Assembly: GCA_045863295.1 (NCBI GenBank)
Contig: BTWA01000030.1
Location: 9,914-73,913, forward strand
DNA length: 64,000 nucleotides
Origin: Candidatus Hydrogenedentota bacterium
Lineage (GTDB): Bacteria; Hydrogenedentota; Hydrogenedentia; Hydrogenedentales; SLHB01
Direction of reading: 5' to 3'
Of the stretch, positions 50,703-64,000 are shown in pieces (positions within the stretch are counted from its first letter, which is position 1; every line of letters starts with the position of its first letter). The notes beneath the pieces are model-generated. The model did no database searches. It was not told the DNA's origin and saw only the letters and a program-made list of their open reading frames with translations. Made by a program: the position numbers and the translations under genes.

Positions 50703-51440
50703 CTATTGATGGAGGATTTCGTTGAGAATCGATTCCCGGTTGTTCAGGAAATTCCGGGTAACCGCATAGTGGTCCTTGTCCTCATAAGCCACTTCGGTAA
50801 TTCCCAACTCGTTTAATTGCAGTAGCTTGGCATTAGGATACGCCATCAGCACCGGTGAGTGGGTGGCAATGATGAACTGTGATCCTTCCCGGACCAGTTC
50901 ATGGATCCGGCACATCGCCTCCAATTGACGCGTTGGCGACAAGGCGGCCTCGGGTTCGTCGAAGATGTACAAGCCGCGGCCTCTGAGTTTCTTCTGAAGG
51001 GTGGTCATGAACGCTTCGCCGTGAGAACGGTAGTGAATCGAGACGCCATCATAGGCCCCAAGGCTCTTCCAGGCCTCGGGCAAGCTGTCTATGTAGGAGG
51101 AGTAATTGTGAAAGCTTTCCGCTCTCAGAAAAAAATAATCGCGCGGCTGGGCAAAGCTGCGTACGCACTTGAGATATGCATGAAGCCCGGAAACATCATC
51201 CGCGGTGGCAAACCGGGCCGCGCGCGTGCCGCCTTCCGGGCCAAATCCCAGGGCCACTGCTATGGCTTCAATCAGGGTCGACTTACCGGTGCCGTTCTCG
51301 CCAATGAGAAAAGTGACGTCGGGGTGAAACTCGATTTTGGAAAAATTGAGAATGACAGGAAGGTTGAAGGGATACTGATCCTGGCCAGGTAGTTTGGCCT
51401 GCTTTAGTTCGACCGATCGAATGTACGGCTTAGCGTCCAT
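50703..51440 (-). CDS. Stand-alone ABC/AAA-family ATPase
   Basis: GENGTGKSTLIEA, FFLRAESF, SHGEAF, FDEPEAALSP, IATHSP. Start at the ATG at 51440. Confidence 0.85.
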   Translation of the reverse strand: MDAKPYIRSVELKQAKLPGQDQYPFNLPVILNFSKIEFHPDVTFLIGENGTGKSTLIEAIAVALGFGPEGGTRAARFATADDVSGLHAYLKCVRSFAQPRDYFFLRAESFHNYSSYIDSLPEAWKSLGAYDGVSIHYRSHGEAFMTTLQKKLRGRGLYIFDEPEAALSPTRQLEAMCRIHELVREGSQFIIATHSPVLMAYPNAKLLQLNELGITEVAYEDKDHYAVTRNFLNNRESILNEILHQ

Positions 51441-51504
51441 GGACGAATCATAGCCAAAACGCGGTTCCAAGCCCAGTGTTTCTGCGCACACTCTTTATAA
51501 AGGA

Positions 51505-52062
51505 TTGCCATATATGATCTTGCAAGGAAAACTCAGCCGGTTGCGGCCATGGCGGCCTGACGATGCCGACGCCCTGCTGCCTATCGCCAACAACATCAAA
51601 ATCGCTCGCAACCTGACGACGCGGTTTCCCCACCCCTACACCGAGGAGGCCGCACATGAATTCTTGGAGCGTACGGCCGATGAAAGCCAAAAGGGGCTAT
51701 CGTACTGTATCGAGGTGGGTGGTTGTGTGGCAGGGGGCATGGGGGCCAGGCAGAGTCCCGAAGCCATTTACTTGCACACATTTACGTGTGGCTACTGGCT
51801 GGGAGAGGCCTATTGGGGCCGGGGAATTGCCACCGAAGCATTCGGGATTTTCGTAGCTCATCTTTTTCGCGAGTTTCCTGCACAACGTGTTGAAGCATCA
51901 GTGTTTGGCTGGAATCCTGCGTCGGCGAGGGTGCTGGAAAAAAACGGTTTTGTCCAGGAAGGCCGACGACGCCAGGCGATTTGCCGGTTTGGCGAGTTTA
52001 CCGACGAGATTGGGTACGGGCTTTTGAGGGCGGAGTGGGAAAGCCAACGCGGATGGGAGTAG
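51505..52062 (+). CDS. GNAT family N-acetyltransferase (RimJ/RimL-like)
   Basis: LRPWRPDDA, FPHPYT, GYWLGEAYWGRGIAT (intact CoA-binding motif), NPASARVLEKNGF. Confidence 0.9.
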   Translation: MPYMILQGKLSRLRPWRPDDADALLPIANNIKIARNLTTRFPHPYTEEAAHEFLERTADESQKGLSYCIEVGGCVAGGMGARQSPEAIYLHTFTCGYWLGEAYWGRGIATEAFGIFVAHLFREFPAQRVEASVFGWNPASARVLEKNGFVQEGRRRQAICRFGEFTDEIGYGLLRAEWESQRGWE

Positions 52063-52100
52063 GGTCATGCCCTAGCCCCAGAAATTGGTATCCGTCTTGC

Positions 52101-52129
52101 TTGACATGAGCGGATCCGCGTGCTACAGT
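52101..52129 (+). promoter_or_regulatory. Sigma70 promoter for rpoBC
   Basis: TTGACA, 17-nt spacer ending TGC, TACAGT. Confidence 0.7.
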
Positions 52130-52448
52130 TACCGTTTGTGCATACCACCCGAGAAGTGTGATTTCACGGATCAATCGTTGTGATTGGGCCGGGGGTATGT
52201 CCTGCGCGCTTTTACAGACGAGAGGAGCATTGCACTGGGATGGCCACGCCGATGCACAACCTAACACCCAAAGACTCCTCTACTCAACCTGACACCGCCC
52301 TTGGGCAATCCCGCGCGTGGCCACGACGGGAAGGGGCGGAAAGCTAGGGATCCGGCGGCGTCGACGCCGCCCGCGCATCCAAACTGCCACGACATAAACG
52401 AAGCTGGGTTTTCTTTCGCAACCGAATTCAAATAGAGGGCTGATACGT

Positions 52449-55400
52449 ATGGCTGTCGCTCCCAAGACAGGTCCGATTCGTCCATCGCTGGGCCGCATAC
52501 CCGACGAGTACGATTTACCGGACCTCATTGAGATCCAGACGAAGTCCTACTCGGATTTCCTGCAGTGGGACGTTCCACCCGATGAGCGCAAGCTTCAGGG
52601 CTTGCAGGAAGTGTTTCTGGACGTGTTCCCGATCGCCGCGCCGGACGGCATGACGCGTCTGGAGTTCGTGCACTACGCCTTTACTCCGCCGAAGTACACG
52701 GTAGAAGAATGTCAGGAACGCGGCCTCACCTACGCGGCTTCGCTGAAGGCGCTGCTGCGTCTCGTTCGTTTCGAAGAAGTAGGTACATCCGGCGAACAGC
52801 GCGAGCGGTTGATGGTGGAACAGGAAGTGTTTCTCGGCGAACTGCCCATGATGACCAAGACGGGTACGTTCATCATCAACGGCGCGGAGCGCGTCATCGT
52901 CAGTCAGTTGCACAAGTCGCCGGGCGTGTCATTTGAAACAAAGACGCACCAGAACGGCAAGCTGTTGATGACCGGCCGGATCATTCCGTACCGCGGTGCC
53001 TGGCTCGAATTCGAATACGACGTGAACGACATCCTCTGGCTCACGGTGGATCGCCGCTCGCGCGTTCTGGCGACTACGTTCTTGCGCGCGTTTGGATTTG
53101 AAGACAACGAATCCATTCTTCGCCTTTTCTACGGCATGGAAGAAGTGACGGTGGGCCGGTCCAAATTCAAGATCGGATCGAAGTCCTTCGAGGCCGAACA
53201 GTTTGTGGGCCGCGTGGTGGGCGCCGACGTGGTCGATCCCGAAACCGGCGAAATCCTGGCGGACGCCGCAGAAGACCTGTCCGAACTGATGGTCAACCGT
53301 ATCATGCACTCGCACGTGAAGACCTTTCACGTGCTGGGCGAGAAAGATTTGGTACGGGATTCGTCATTGGCGAATACACTGGCCCTCGATCACACGCAAT
53401 CGCAAGACGATGCGTACCGCGAAATTTATTCGCGCATCCGTCCCGGCGATCCGGCCACGGACTCCACGTGCCGATCCTTTTTTCAGAAGCTGTTCTTTGA
53501 CGCGTCGCGATATGACTTCGCGCCGGTGGGCCGCTATAAAATCAACCGGAAGCTGGGCCTTCAGATCCCGCAGGATGTCAAGACCCTGACGAAGGAAGAT
53601 GTGGTTGCCACCCTGCAATACCTTGTGAAGCTGCGCGGCGGCGAAGGCGTGCACGACGACATCGACCACCTCGGCAACCGCCGGGTGCGCGCGGTGGGTG
53701 AATTGTTGGCGAATCAGGTTCGCATCGGACTTGTGCGCATGGAACGCACCGTGCGCGAGCGGATGAACTTCCAGGACGAAGAACAACTGACACCTCAGAC
53801 GCTGGTAAATCCGAAACCGGTCAGCGCGGTGATCAAGGATTTCTTCGGCCGCAGTCAATTGTCCCACTTCATGGACCAAATCAATCCGCTCGCCGAGCTG
53901 ACTCACAAGCGCCGGCTGAGCGCGCTGGGGCCCGGCGGATTGAGCCGCGATCGCGCAGGATTCGAAGTGCGCGACGTTCATCCGACGCACTATGGCCGGA
54001 TCTGCCCGATTGAAACGCCCGAAGGCCCGAACATCGGCTTGATGGCGTCGCTGGCAACCTATGCCCGAATCAACGAATACGGGTTTCTCGAAACGCCCTA
54101 CCGGAAGGTGGAAGCAGGCCGCGTCACGGAATCCGTCGAGTCCTTGTCTGCGTACGACGAAGACCATTTCATCATCGCCCAGGCCAACGCGGCGCTGGAT
54201 AAGCGAGCTCGCTTCGCGGATTCCTCCGTGTTGTCGCGGCATCGCGGCGACTTCCCGCAAACGGAACCGGCCAAAGTTGATTACATGGACATCTCGCCCA
54301 AGCAGTTGGTGAGTGTGGCTGCGGCGTTGATTCCGTTTTTGGAACATGACGACGCGAACCGCGCGTTGATGGGATCGAACATGCAACGGCAAGCAGTGCC
54401 GTTGTTGCGAACTGAAGCGCCGGTGGTGGGCACGGGGTTGGAACATGTGACCGCGCGAAACGCGGGCACCGTGGTTCGGGCGGATCGCGACGGCATCGTG
54501 GAACACGCGGATGGTGACATCATCCGCATCCGTGCGCTGACCGCGAAGAACGACAAAGACGCGAATCCGTTCCGAGCCGACGAGGACCTGTACCGCCTGA
54601 AGAAGTACATCCGGTCGAACCAGAACACCTGCATCAACCAGCGCCCCATCGTCATGAAGGGCGACAAGGTGAAGGCGGGCGACATCATTGCCGACGGTCC
54701 AGCGACGGACGGCGGCGAATTGGCGTTGGGCCGGAACGTCCTGGTGGCATTCATGCCATGGCAGGGATACAACTACGAAGACTCGATCCTCATCAGTGAA
54801 GATCTGGTGAAGGACGACGTTTTCACGTCAATTCACATTCAAGTATTTGATATCGAGGCTCGCGACACCAAGCTGGGCCCCGAAGAAATTACGCGCGATA
54901 TACCGAATGTCAGCGAAGACGCCCTGAAGAACCTGGACGACTCCGGCATTGTACGCACCGGTGCCAAGGTGAAGCACGGCGACATTCTGGTCGGCAAGGT
55001 GACGCCCAAGGGCGAAACCGAACTGGCCCCGGAAGAAAAACTGCTGCGCGCGATCTTTGGTGAAAAGGCCGAAGATGTGCGCGATGCGTCGTTGACGGTG
55101 CCGCCCGGTGTCGAAGGCGTGGTGGTGGACGTGAAAGTGTGCAGCCGCCGCGACAAAGGCAACGACGCGGGATCCAAGACCACGTTGACCAATGCGGTAA
55201 ACAAACTGAAGCGTGAATACCAGGATACGATAAACGAGGTGCGTAAGACCTTCGTCAATCTCGTCAAGGATGAGATGATCGGCCTGAAGATTCTCGAAGA
55301 TGTGGTCGATCACAAAACCGACGAACTCGTCCTGGAGAAGAATAAGCGCGTCAAGGTGTCGCACCTTGAAAAGGCCGATTACGGCGTGCTGGCCCGGCTC

Positions 55401-56315
55401 AAGGTGGAAGACAAGAAGATTCAGCAAAAGCTTACGCGGCTGGTCAATATGGCCGCGATGGAAGAAGCGAAACTGATTGCCTTCCGCGACAGCAAGATCG
55501 AACAGCTTCGCAAGGGCGACGAACTGCCGCCCGGCGTGATCAAGTTGGTAAAGGTGTTCGTGGCCACGAAGCGCCGGCTTTCGGTAGGTGACAAGATGGC
55601 CGGACGTCACGGAAACAAGGGCGTAATCGCCAAGATTCTCCCCGTGGAAGACATGCCCTTCCTACCCGACGGATCGCCGGTTCAGATTCTGTTGAATCCG
55701 CTTGGCGTGCCTTCGCGAATGAACGTGGGCCAAGTGCTGGAGACGCATCTGGGCTGGGCCATGAAGGCACTGGGCATGAAAGTGGCTACGCCCGTCTTTA
55801 ACGGCGCGAGCGAAGAAGTCATTCGCGAACACCTGCGCAAAGCGGGACTGCCGGAAACCGGCAAGATCAAATTGCGCGACGGGCGTTCGGGCCTGCCCTT
55901 CGATCAGGAAACGACCGTGGGCATCATTTACATGCTCAAACTGAACCACTTGGTCGATGACAAGATTCACGCACGCGCCATCGGGCCCTATTCGCTGGTG
56001 ACCCAACAACCGTTGGGCGGCAAGGCCCAATTCGGCGGCCAGCGATTCGGCGAAATGGAAGTATGGGCATTGCAGGCATACGGTTCCGCATATACGCTGC
56101 AGGAACTGTTGACCATCAAGTCCGACGACATTCAGGGCCGCACCAAGGCCTACGAAGCGATCGTCAAAGGCGACAAGGAAGTGGATCCGGGCCGTCCGGA
56201 ATCCTTCAACGTATTGGTTCGCGAAATGCAGGCGTTGTGCCTCGATGTCATCAAGCTGATCCGCGTGGACGGCTCCGAGGCAGACGAAGAAGACGACGAA
56301 GCTGTGGAGGGTTAA
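52449..56315 (+). CDS. rpoB: DNA-directed RNA polymerase beta subunit
   Basis: [49 protein letters not shown]. Confidence 0.99.
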   Translation: MAVAPKTGPIRPSLGRIPDEYDLPDLIEIQTKSYSDFLQWDVPPDERKLQGLQEVFLDVFPIAAPDGMTRLEFVHYAFTPPKYTVEECQERGLTYAASLKALLRLVRFEEVGTSGEQRERLMVEQEVFLGELPMMTKTGTFIINGAERVIVSQLHKSPGVSFETKTHQNGKLLMTGRIIPYRGAWLEFEYDVNDILWLTVDRRSRVLATTFLRAFGFEDNESILRLFYGMEEVTVGRSKFKIGSKSFEAEQFVGRVVGADVVDPETGEILADAAEDLSELMVNRIMHSHVKTFHVLGEKDLVRDSSLANTLALDHTQSQDDAYREIYSRIRPGDPATDSTCRSFFQKLFFDASRYDFAPVGRYKINRKLGLQIPQDVKTLTKEDVVATLQYLVKLRGGEGVHDDIDHLGNRRVRAVGELLANQVRIGLVRMERTVRERMNFQDEEQLTPQTLVNPKPVSAVIKDFFGRSQLSHFMDQINPLAELTHKRRLSALGPGGLSRDRAGFEVRDVHPTHYGRICPIETPEGPNIGLMASLATYARINEYGFLETPYRKVEAGRVTESVESLSAYDEDHFIIAQANAALDKRARFADSSVLSRHRGDFPQTEPAKVDYMDISPKQLVSVAAALIPFLEHDDANRALMGSNMQRQAVPLLRTEAPVVGTGLEHVTARNAGTVVRADRDGIVEHADGDIIRIRALTAKNDKDANPFRADEDLYRLKKYIRSNQNTCINQRPIVMKGDKVKAGDIIADGPATDGGELALGRNVLVAFMPWQGYNYEDSILISEDLVKDDVFTSIHIQVFDIEARDTKLGPEEITRDIPNVSEDALKNLDDSGIVRTGAKVKHGDILVGKVTPKGETELAPEEKLLRAIFGEKAEDVRDASLTVPPGVEGVVVDVKVCSRRDKGNDAGSKTTLTNAVNKLKREYQDTINEVRKTFVNLVKDEMIGLKILEDVVDHKTDELVLEKNKRVKVSHLEKADYGVLARLKVEDKKIQQKLTRLVNMAAMEEAKLIAFRDSKIEQLRKGDELPPGVIKLVKVFVATKRRLSVGDKMAGRHGNKGVIAKILPVEDMPFLPDGSPVQILLNPLGVPSRMNVGQVLETHLGWAMKALGMKVATPVFNGASEEVIREHLRKAGLPETGKIKLRDGRSGLPFDQETTVGIIYMLKLNHLVDDKIHARAIGPYSLVTQQPLGGKAQFGGQRFGEMEVWALQAYGSAYTLQELLTIKSDDIQGRTKAYEAIVKGDKEVDPGRPESFNVLVREMQALCLDVIKLIRVDGSEADEEDDEAVEG

Positions 56316-56318
56316 CGG

Positions 56319-60437
<4,119 letters not shown>

Positions 60438-60491
60438 TTTGAGTCTGCGTTTGGTTCAAGCGCGGCATCCGGGAAAGTCTGGATGCAGCGC

Positions 60492-60520
60492 TTGACATGA
60501 CCTGTTTCCTGTGCTATGCT
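60492..60520 (+). promoter_or_regulatory. Sigma70 promoter of the str operon
   Basis: TTGACA, 17-nt spacer ending TGC, TATGCT. Confidence 0.75.
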
Positions 60521-60648
60521 TTCGGGCCGCTGTGTACCGGGCGAAACACGCTCATAGGCACGGCATAGGGGTGACGTGTGTCAGCCCGGCCCTTTTGTTT
60601 TCCGCCGGGAAATGGCGACGTAAAGTCTTATATTTCAGGAGATTGGCT

Positions 60649-61077
60649 TTGCCCACGATTAATCAGTTGGTGCGAAACTGCCGGAAGAAGCAGTCGACGA
60701 AAACGAAATCGCCGGCGTTGAAGGCGGCCCCGCAGGCTTCGGGTACCTGCACTCGCGTGTACACGATGACCCCCAAGAAACCTAACTCGGCCCTGCGTAA
60801 GGTTGCCCGTGTCCGATTGAAGAACGGAATCGAAGTAACGGCATACATTCCGGGTGTGGGCCACAACCTCCAAGAACACTCGCAGGTGATGATCCGCGGT
60901 GGTCGCGTGAAGGACCTTCCCGGCGTGCGGTACCACTTGATTCGGGGTGTATTGGATGCGAGCGGAGACTGCGGCGGTTCGGCTGCCGAAAAAGAAGACG
61001 GAAGCGGAAAGAAAGTTCATACAGGCCGTTGGGTAAGCCGTTCGAAGTACGGCGTGAAAAAGCCCAAACGGTCCTGA
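60649..61077 (+). CDS. rpsL: 30S ribosomal protein S12
   Basis: TTG start (M)PTINQLVR after [16 protein letters not shown] and [13 protein letters not shown]. Confidence 0.97.
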   Translation: MPTINQLVRNCRKKQSTKTKSPALKAAPQASGTCTRVYTMTPKKPNSALRKVARVRLKNGIEVTAYIPGVGHNLQEHSQVMIRGGRVKDLPGVRYHLIRGVLDASGDCGGSAAEKEDGSGKKVHTGRWVSRSKYGVKKPKRS

Positions 61078-61096
61078 TTTAGGAGCAATTTGACAC

Positions 61097-61570
61097 ATGC
61101 CAAGGCGTAGAGAGATTACGAGGCGTCAACCGCTTCCGGATCCAAAATACAAAAGCGTAACGCTGGCCCGTTTTGTGAACAGCGTGATGGTCTGCGGCAA
61201 GAAGAGCACGGCCGAGAACATCGTGTACCGCGCAATTGCTATTCTGACTCAGAAGTTGCCCAAAGAGCAGCCTTTGCGCGTTTTCGAGACGGCCATCAAC
61301 AATTCCAAGCCGTTACTTCAGGTGAAGTCCCGGCGAGTCGGCGGCGCAACGTATCAGGTGCCGGTTGAAGTCCCTCCGCATACGCAGACGGCCATCGCAT
61401 TCCGCTGGATTATCGATTATGCGCGCAAGCGCGGCGAGAAGACGATGGAAGAGCGCCTCGCGGCAGAATTGCTCGACTGTTACAACAAGACCGGCAATAC
61501 CATCAAGAAGCGTGAAGACACCCACCGGATGGCGGAAGCAAACAAGGCTTTCGCTCACTTGCGGTACTGA
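61097..61570 (+). CDS. rpsG: 30S ribosomal protein S7
   Basis: [31 protein letters not shown]. Confidence 0.98.
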   Translation: MPRRREITRRQPLPDPKYKSVTLARFVNSVMVCGKKSTAENIVYRAIAILTQKLPKEQPLRVFETAINNSKPLLQVKSRRVGGATYQVPVEVPPHTQTAIAFRWIIDYARKRGEKTMEERLAAELLDCYNKTGNTIKKREDTHRMAEANKAFAHLRY

Positions 61571-61795
61571 GAGTATTCTTCCGAAGCTGTTCTGCAGCAG
61601 GAAGTTACGCATAAAAGAAGACGCCATGGGGCGTTGGCCTCGTGGCGGGTTCCGGGAAACGTCCCCCACAGGTGGTTTTTGGCAAGGGCTTGGTGCGTCC
61701 GGCGCACAGCGCCCTGGAACGAAATTGCGAATCGAAAAGGATAACGGGCCTCGACCGGGTTTTTGGACCGGCGATTGCGTCACGGAATTAACTAT

Positions 61796-63901
61796 ATGTC
61801 GACCCGGCAAACACCGCTAGAACGCACGCGCAACATCGGCATCATGGCCCACATTGATGCCGGCAAGACGACCGTCACGGAACGTATCCTGTATTACTCC
61901 GGACGGTTGCACAAGGTTGGCGAAGTGCACGAAGGCACAGCAACGATGGACTATATGGAGCAGGAGCGTGAACGCGGTATTACGATTACGTCCGCTGCTA
62001 CCGCCTGTTCCTGGAACGACCATCGGATAAATATTATCGACACCCCGGGCCACGTGGATTTCACGGCCGAGGTAGAGCGCAGCCTGCGTGTGTTGGACGG
62101 CGCGGTTGCGGTTTTTTGCGCGGTGGCCGGCGTGCAACCCCAGTCCGAAACAGTCTGGCGCCAAGCGACCCGATACGGCGTTCCTCGTCTGGCGTTCATC
62201 AACAAAATGGACCGGATTGGCGCGGACTTCCATAAAGCCATGACCAGCATCGAAGAGCGCCTGGGAGCCCGTCCGATTCCGGTGCAGCTACCGATTGGCC
62301 AGGAAGACCAGTTCCGCGGCGTGGTGGACCTGATCAGCATGAAAGCGCTGATTTGGGTGGGCGATGGCGTAGACATTGACAGCAAGACCCAGGAAATCGA
62401 AATTCCAGCGGAAATGAAGGACGACGTCGAACACTACCGGCAGGAATTGCTTGGGGTGGCGGCGGAAGCCGACGAAGCGCTCGAAGAAAAATTCGTGATG
62501 GAAGAACCCATTACCGAAGACGAACTGATTGCCGCGCTCCGGAAGGGGACGATTCAGAATCGGATGGTGCTGGTGACCTGCGGCACAGCCCTTCGCAACA
62601 AGGGCGTGCGAATGCTGCTGGATTCCATCGTGCGTTTTCTCCCTTCGCCGGTGGACATTGCACAGGTAGCGGGGAAGGACCCGTCCAACGCCGAAGTGGA
62701 AATATTCCGCAAACCCAGCGACGACGAACCCTTCGCCGGATTGGCATTCAAGATTATTACCGACCCGCATGTCGGCCGTTTGACGTTCCTGCGCGTGTAT
62801 TCAGGCGTGGTGAAATCCGGCGACATGGTTTTGAACGTGCGCACCGGCCGCAAAGAGCGCCTTGGCCGCCTTTTGGAAATGCACGCCGATCAGCGCATCG
62901 ATTTGAAGGAATTGCGCGCGGGCGACATTGGCGCCGTAATCGGCGCAAAGAATACGACGACGGGCGACACCTTGTGCGATCCCAAGGATCCCGTAGCCTT
63001 GATGTCGGTAACCTTCCCGGATCCGGTCGTTCACATTGCGATCGAGCCCAAAACCAAGGCAGACCAGGACAAACTGTCCGAAGCATTGCAAAAGCTTAGT
63101 GAAGAAGATCCGACGTTTCACGTTCGCGTGGACGAAGAAACCGGCCAAACGATCATTGCCGGCATGGGCGAACTTCACCTTGAAATTATCGTGGACCGCA
63201 TGTTCCGCGAGTTCAACGTTCAAGCCAGTGTTGGCCGGCCGATGGTGGCATACCGCGAATCGATCCGGAGGAAGGCCGAAGCGCAAGGCCGCTTTGTGCG
63301 CCAGTCTGGTGGTCGCGGTCAGTACGGCGACGTCATACTCACCATCGAACCCGGCGAACCCGCGACGGGCTTCGTCTTCGAGAGCGCCGTGGTCGGCGGC
63401 ACGGTGCCGCGCGAATACTGGAACGCCGTCGAAAAAGGCGCCAAGGATGCGCTCGAAAGCGGCGTCGTGGCGGGCTACCCGATGGTGGACGTGAAAGTCA
63501 CGTTGCTCGACGGTTCGTACCACGAAGTGGACTCTTCCGAAATGGCCTTCATGATGGCCGGATCGATGGCTGTAAAAGATGCGGTAAAAAAAGCCAGCCC
63601 CGTATTGCTGGAGCCAATGATGGCCGTCGAGGTGGTAAGCCCCGACGATTACATAGGCGATGTTATCGGCGATTTGAACAGCCGTCGTGGCCGCGTCGAA
63701 AGCATGGAACAGCAGGGCAATATGCGCTTGGTAAAGTCCATGGTCCCGTTGGCGGAAATGTTTGGCTACGCGAACGATCTTCGAAGCAAGACCCAGGGCC
63801 GCGCCTCCTACAGCATGGAGTTTGCCCAGTACGAAGCGGTGCCGACCAGCATCGCAAACTCGATTCTGGAAGCGGCCGGCAGTTCATACCGATTCAGTTA
63901 A
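61796..63901 (+). CDS. fusA: Elongation factor G
   Basis: [53 protein letters not shown]. Start at the ATG at 61796. Confidence 0.98.
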   Translation: MSTRQTPLERTRNIGIMAHIDAGKTTVTERILYYSGRLHKVGEVHEGTATMDYMEQERERGITITSAATACSWNDHRINIIDTPGHVDFTAEVERSLRVLDGAVAVFCAVAGVQPQSETVWRQATRYGVPRLAFINKMDRIGADFHKAMTSIEERLGARPIPVQLPIGQEDQFRGVVDLISMKALIWVGDGVDIDSKTQEIEIPAEMKDDVEHYRQELLGVAAEADEALEEKFVMEEPITEDELIAALRKGTIQNRMVLVTCGTALRNKGVRMLLDSIVRFLPSPVDIAQVAGKDPSNAEVEIFRKPSDDEPFAGLAFKIITDPHVGRLTFLRVYSGVVKSGDMVLNVRTGRKERLGRLLEMHADQRIDLKELRAGDIGAVIGAKNTTTGDTLCDPKDPVALMSVTFPDPVVHIAIEPKTKADQDKLSEALQKLSEEDPTFHVRVDEETGQTIIAGMGELHLEIIVDRMFREFNVQASVGRPMVAYRESIRRKAEAQGRFVRQSGGRGQYGDVILTIEPGEPATGFVFESAVVGGTVPREYWNAVEKGAKDALESGVVAGYPMVDVKVTLLDGSYHEVDSSEMAFMMAGSMAVKDAVKKASPVLLEPMMAVEVVSPDDYIGDVIGDLNSRRGRVESMEQQGNMRLVKSMVPLAEMFGYANDLRSKTQGRASYSMEFAQYEAVPTSIANSILEAAGSSYRFS

Positions 63902-63945
63902 TAACCGCGTGCAGCGCGATTGAAGCGACAGGGGAGCAGTGAGAG

Positions 63946-64000
63946 ATGGCGAAGGCGAAATTTGAGCGTACGAAGCCTCACGTGAACATTGGCACGATTG
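63946..64000 (+). CDS. tuf: Elongation factor Tu (5' fragment)
   Basis: MAKAKFERTKPHVNIGTI, directly after fusA. Confidence 0.95.
   Translation, partial: MAKAKFERTKPHVNIGTI

Noticed and set aside
51505..52062. GNAT at 51.5 kb as part of the peptide cluster
   Set aside because: It is about 18 kb away, has canonical RimL motifs and sits in an unrelated context.

Overview
GC-rich bacterial chromosomal window. The gene content (DUF1559-like domain, BlaI/BlaR1 pair, acetyl-xylan-esterase-like proteins) suggests a PVC-like or Hydrogenedentota-like lineage; this is inference only. Housekeeping genes: clpS-clpA, typA, folD, tRNA-Glu, gltB-gltD, icd, asd, trxA, and rpoB-rpoC-rpsL-rpsG-fusA-tuf. The most interesting locus is a minus-strand cluster at about 26.4-33.9 kb that looks like an undescribed RiPP-type system. 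It encodes three short cysteine-free peptides with a shared SCIFF/ranthipeptide-like leader (M[KR]H[VL]xx[LI][ST]); one of them, 45 aa, is missing from the ORF track. These are followed by a terminator, three RimL-type GNATs, a CPBP/CAAX protease, an ABC exporter, and an RRE-radical SAM/SPASM-like protein that has lost its CxxxCxxC motif and carries a C-terminal GNAT domain. Other points: a BlaR1-like protein with CARDB and Skp/OmpH-like sensor domains and tandem operators; four divergent membrane-protein paralogs next to tRNA-Glu; an ECF sigma factor with a DUF1559-type anti-sigma; a leaderless higBA module flanked by REP-like palindromes; and an RpoB with His at the rifampicin-contact position equivalent to E. 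coli Q513. All assignments come from reading motifs by eye; no database searches were run.
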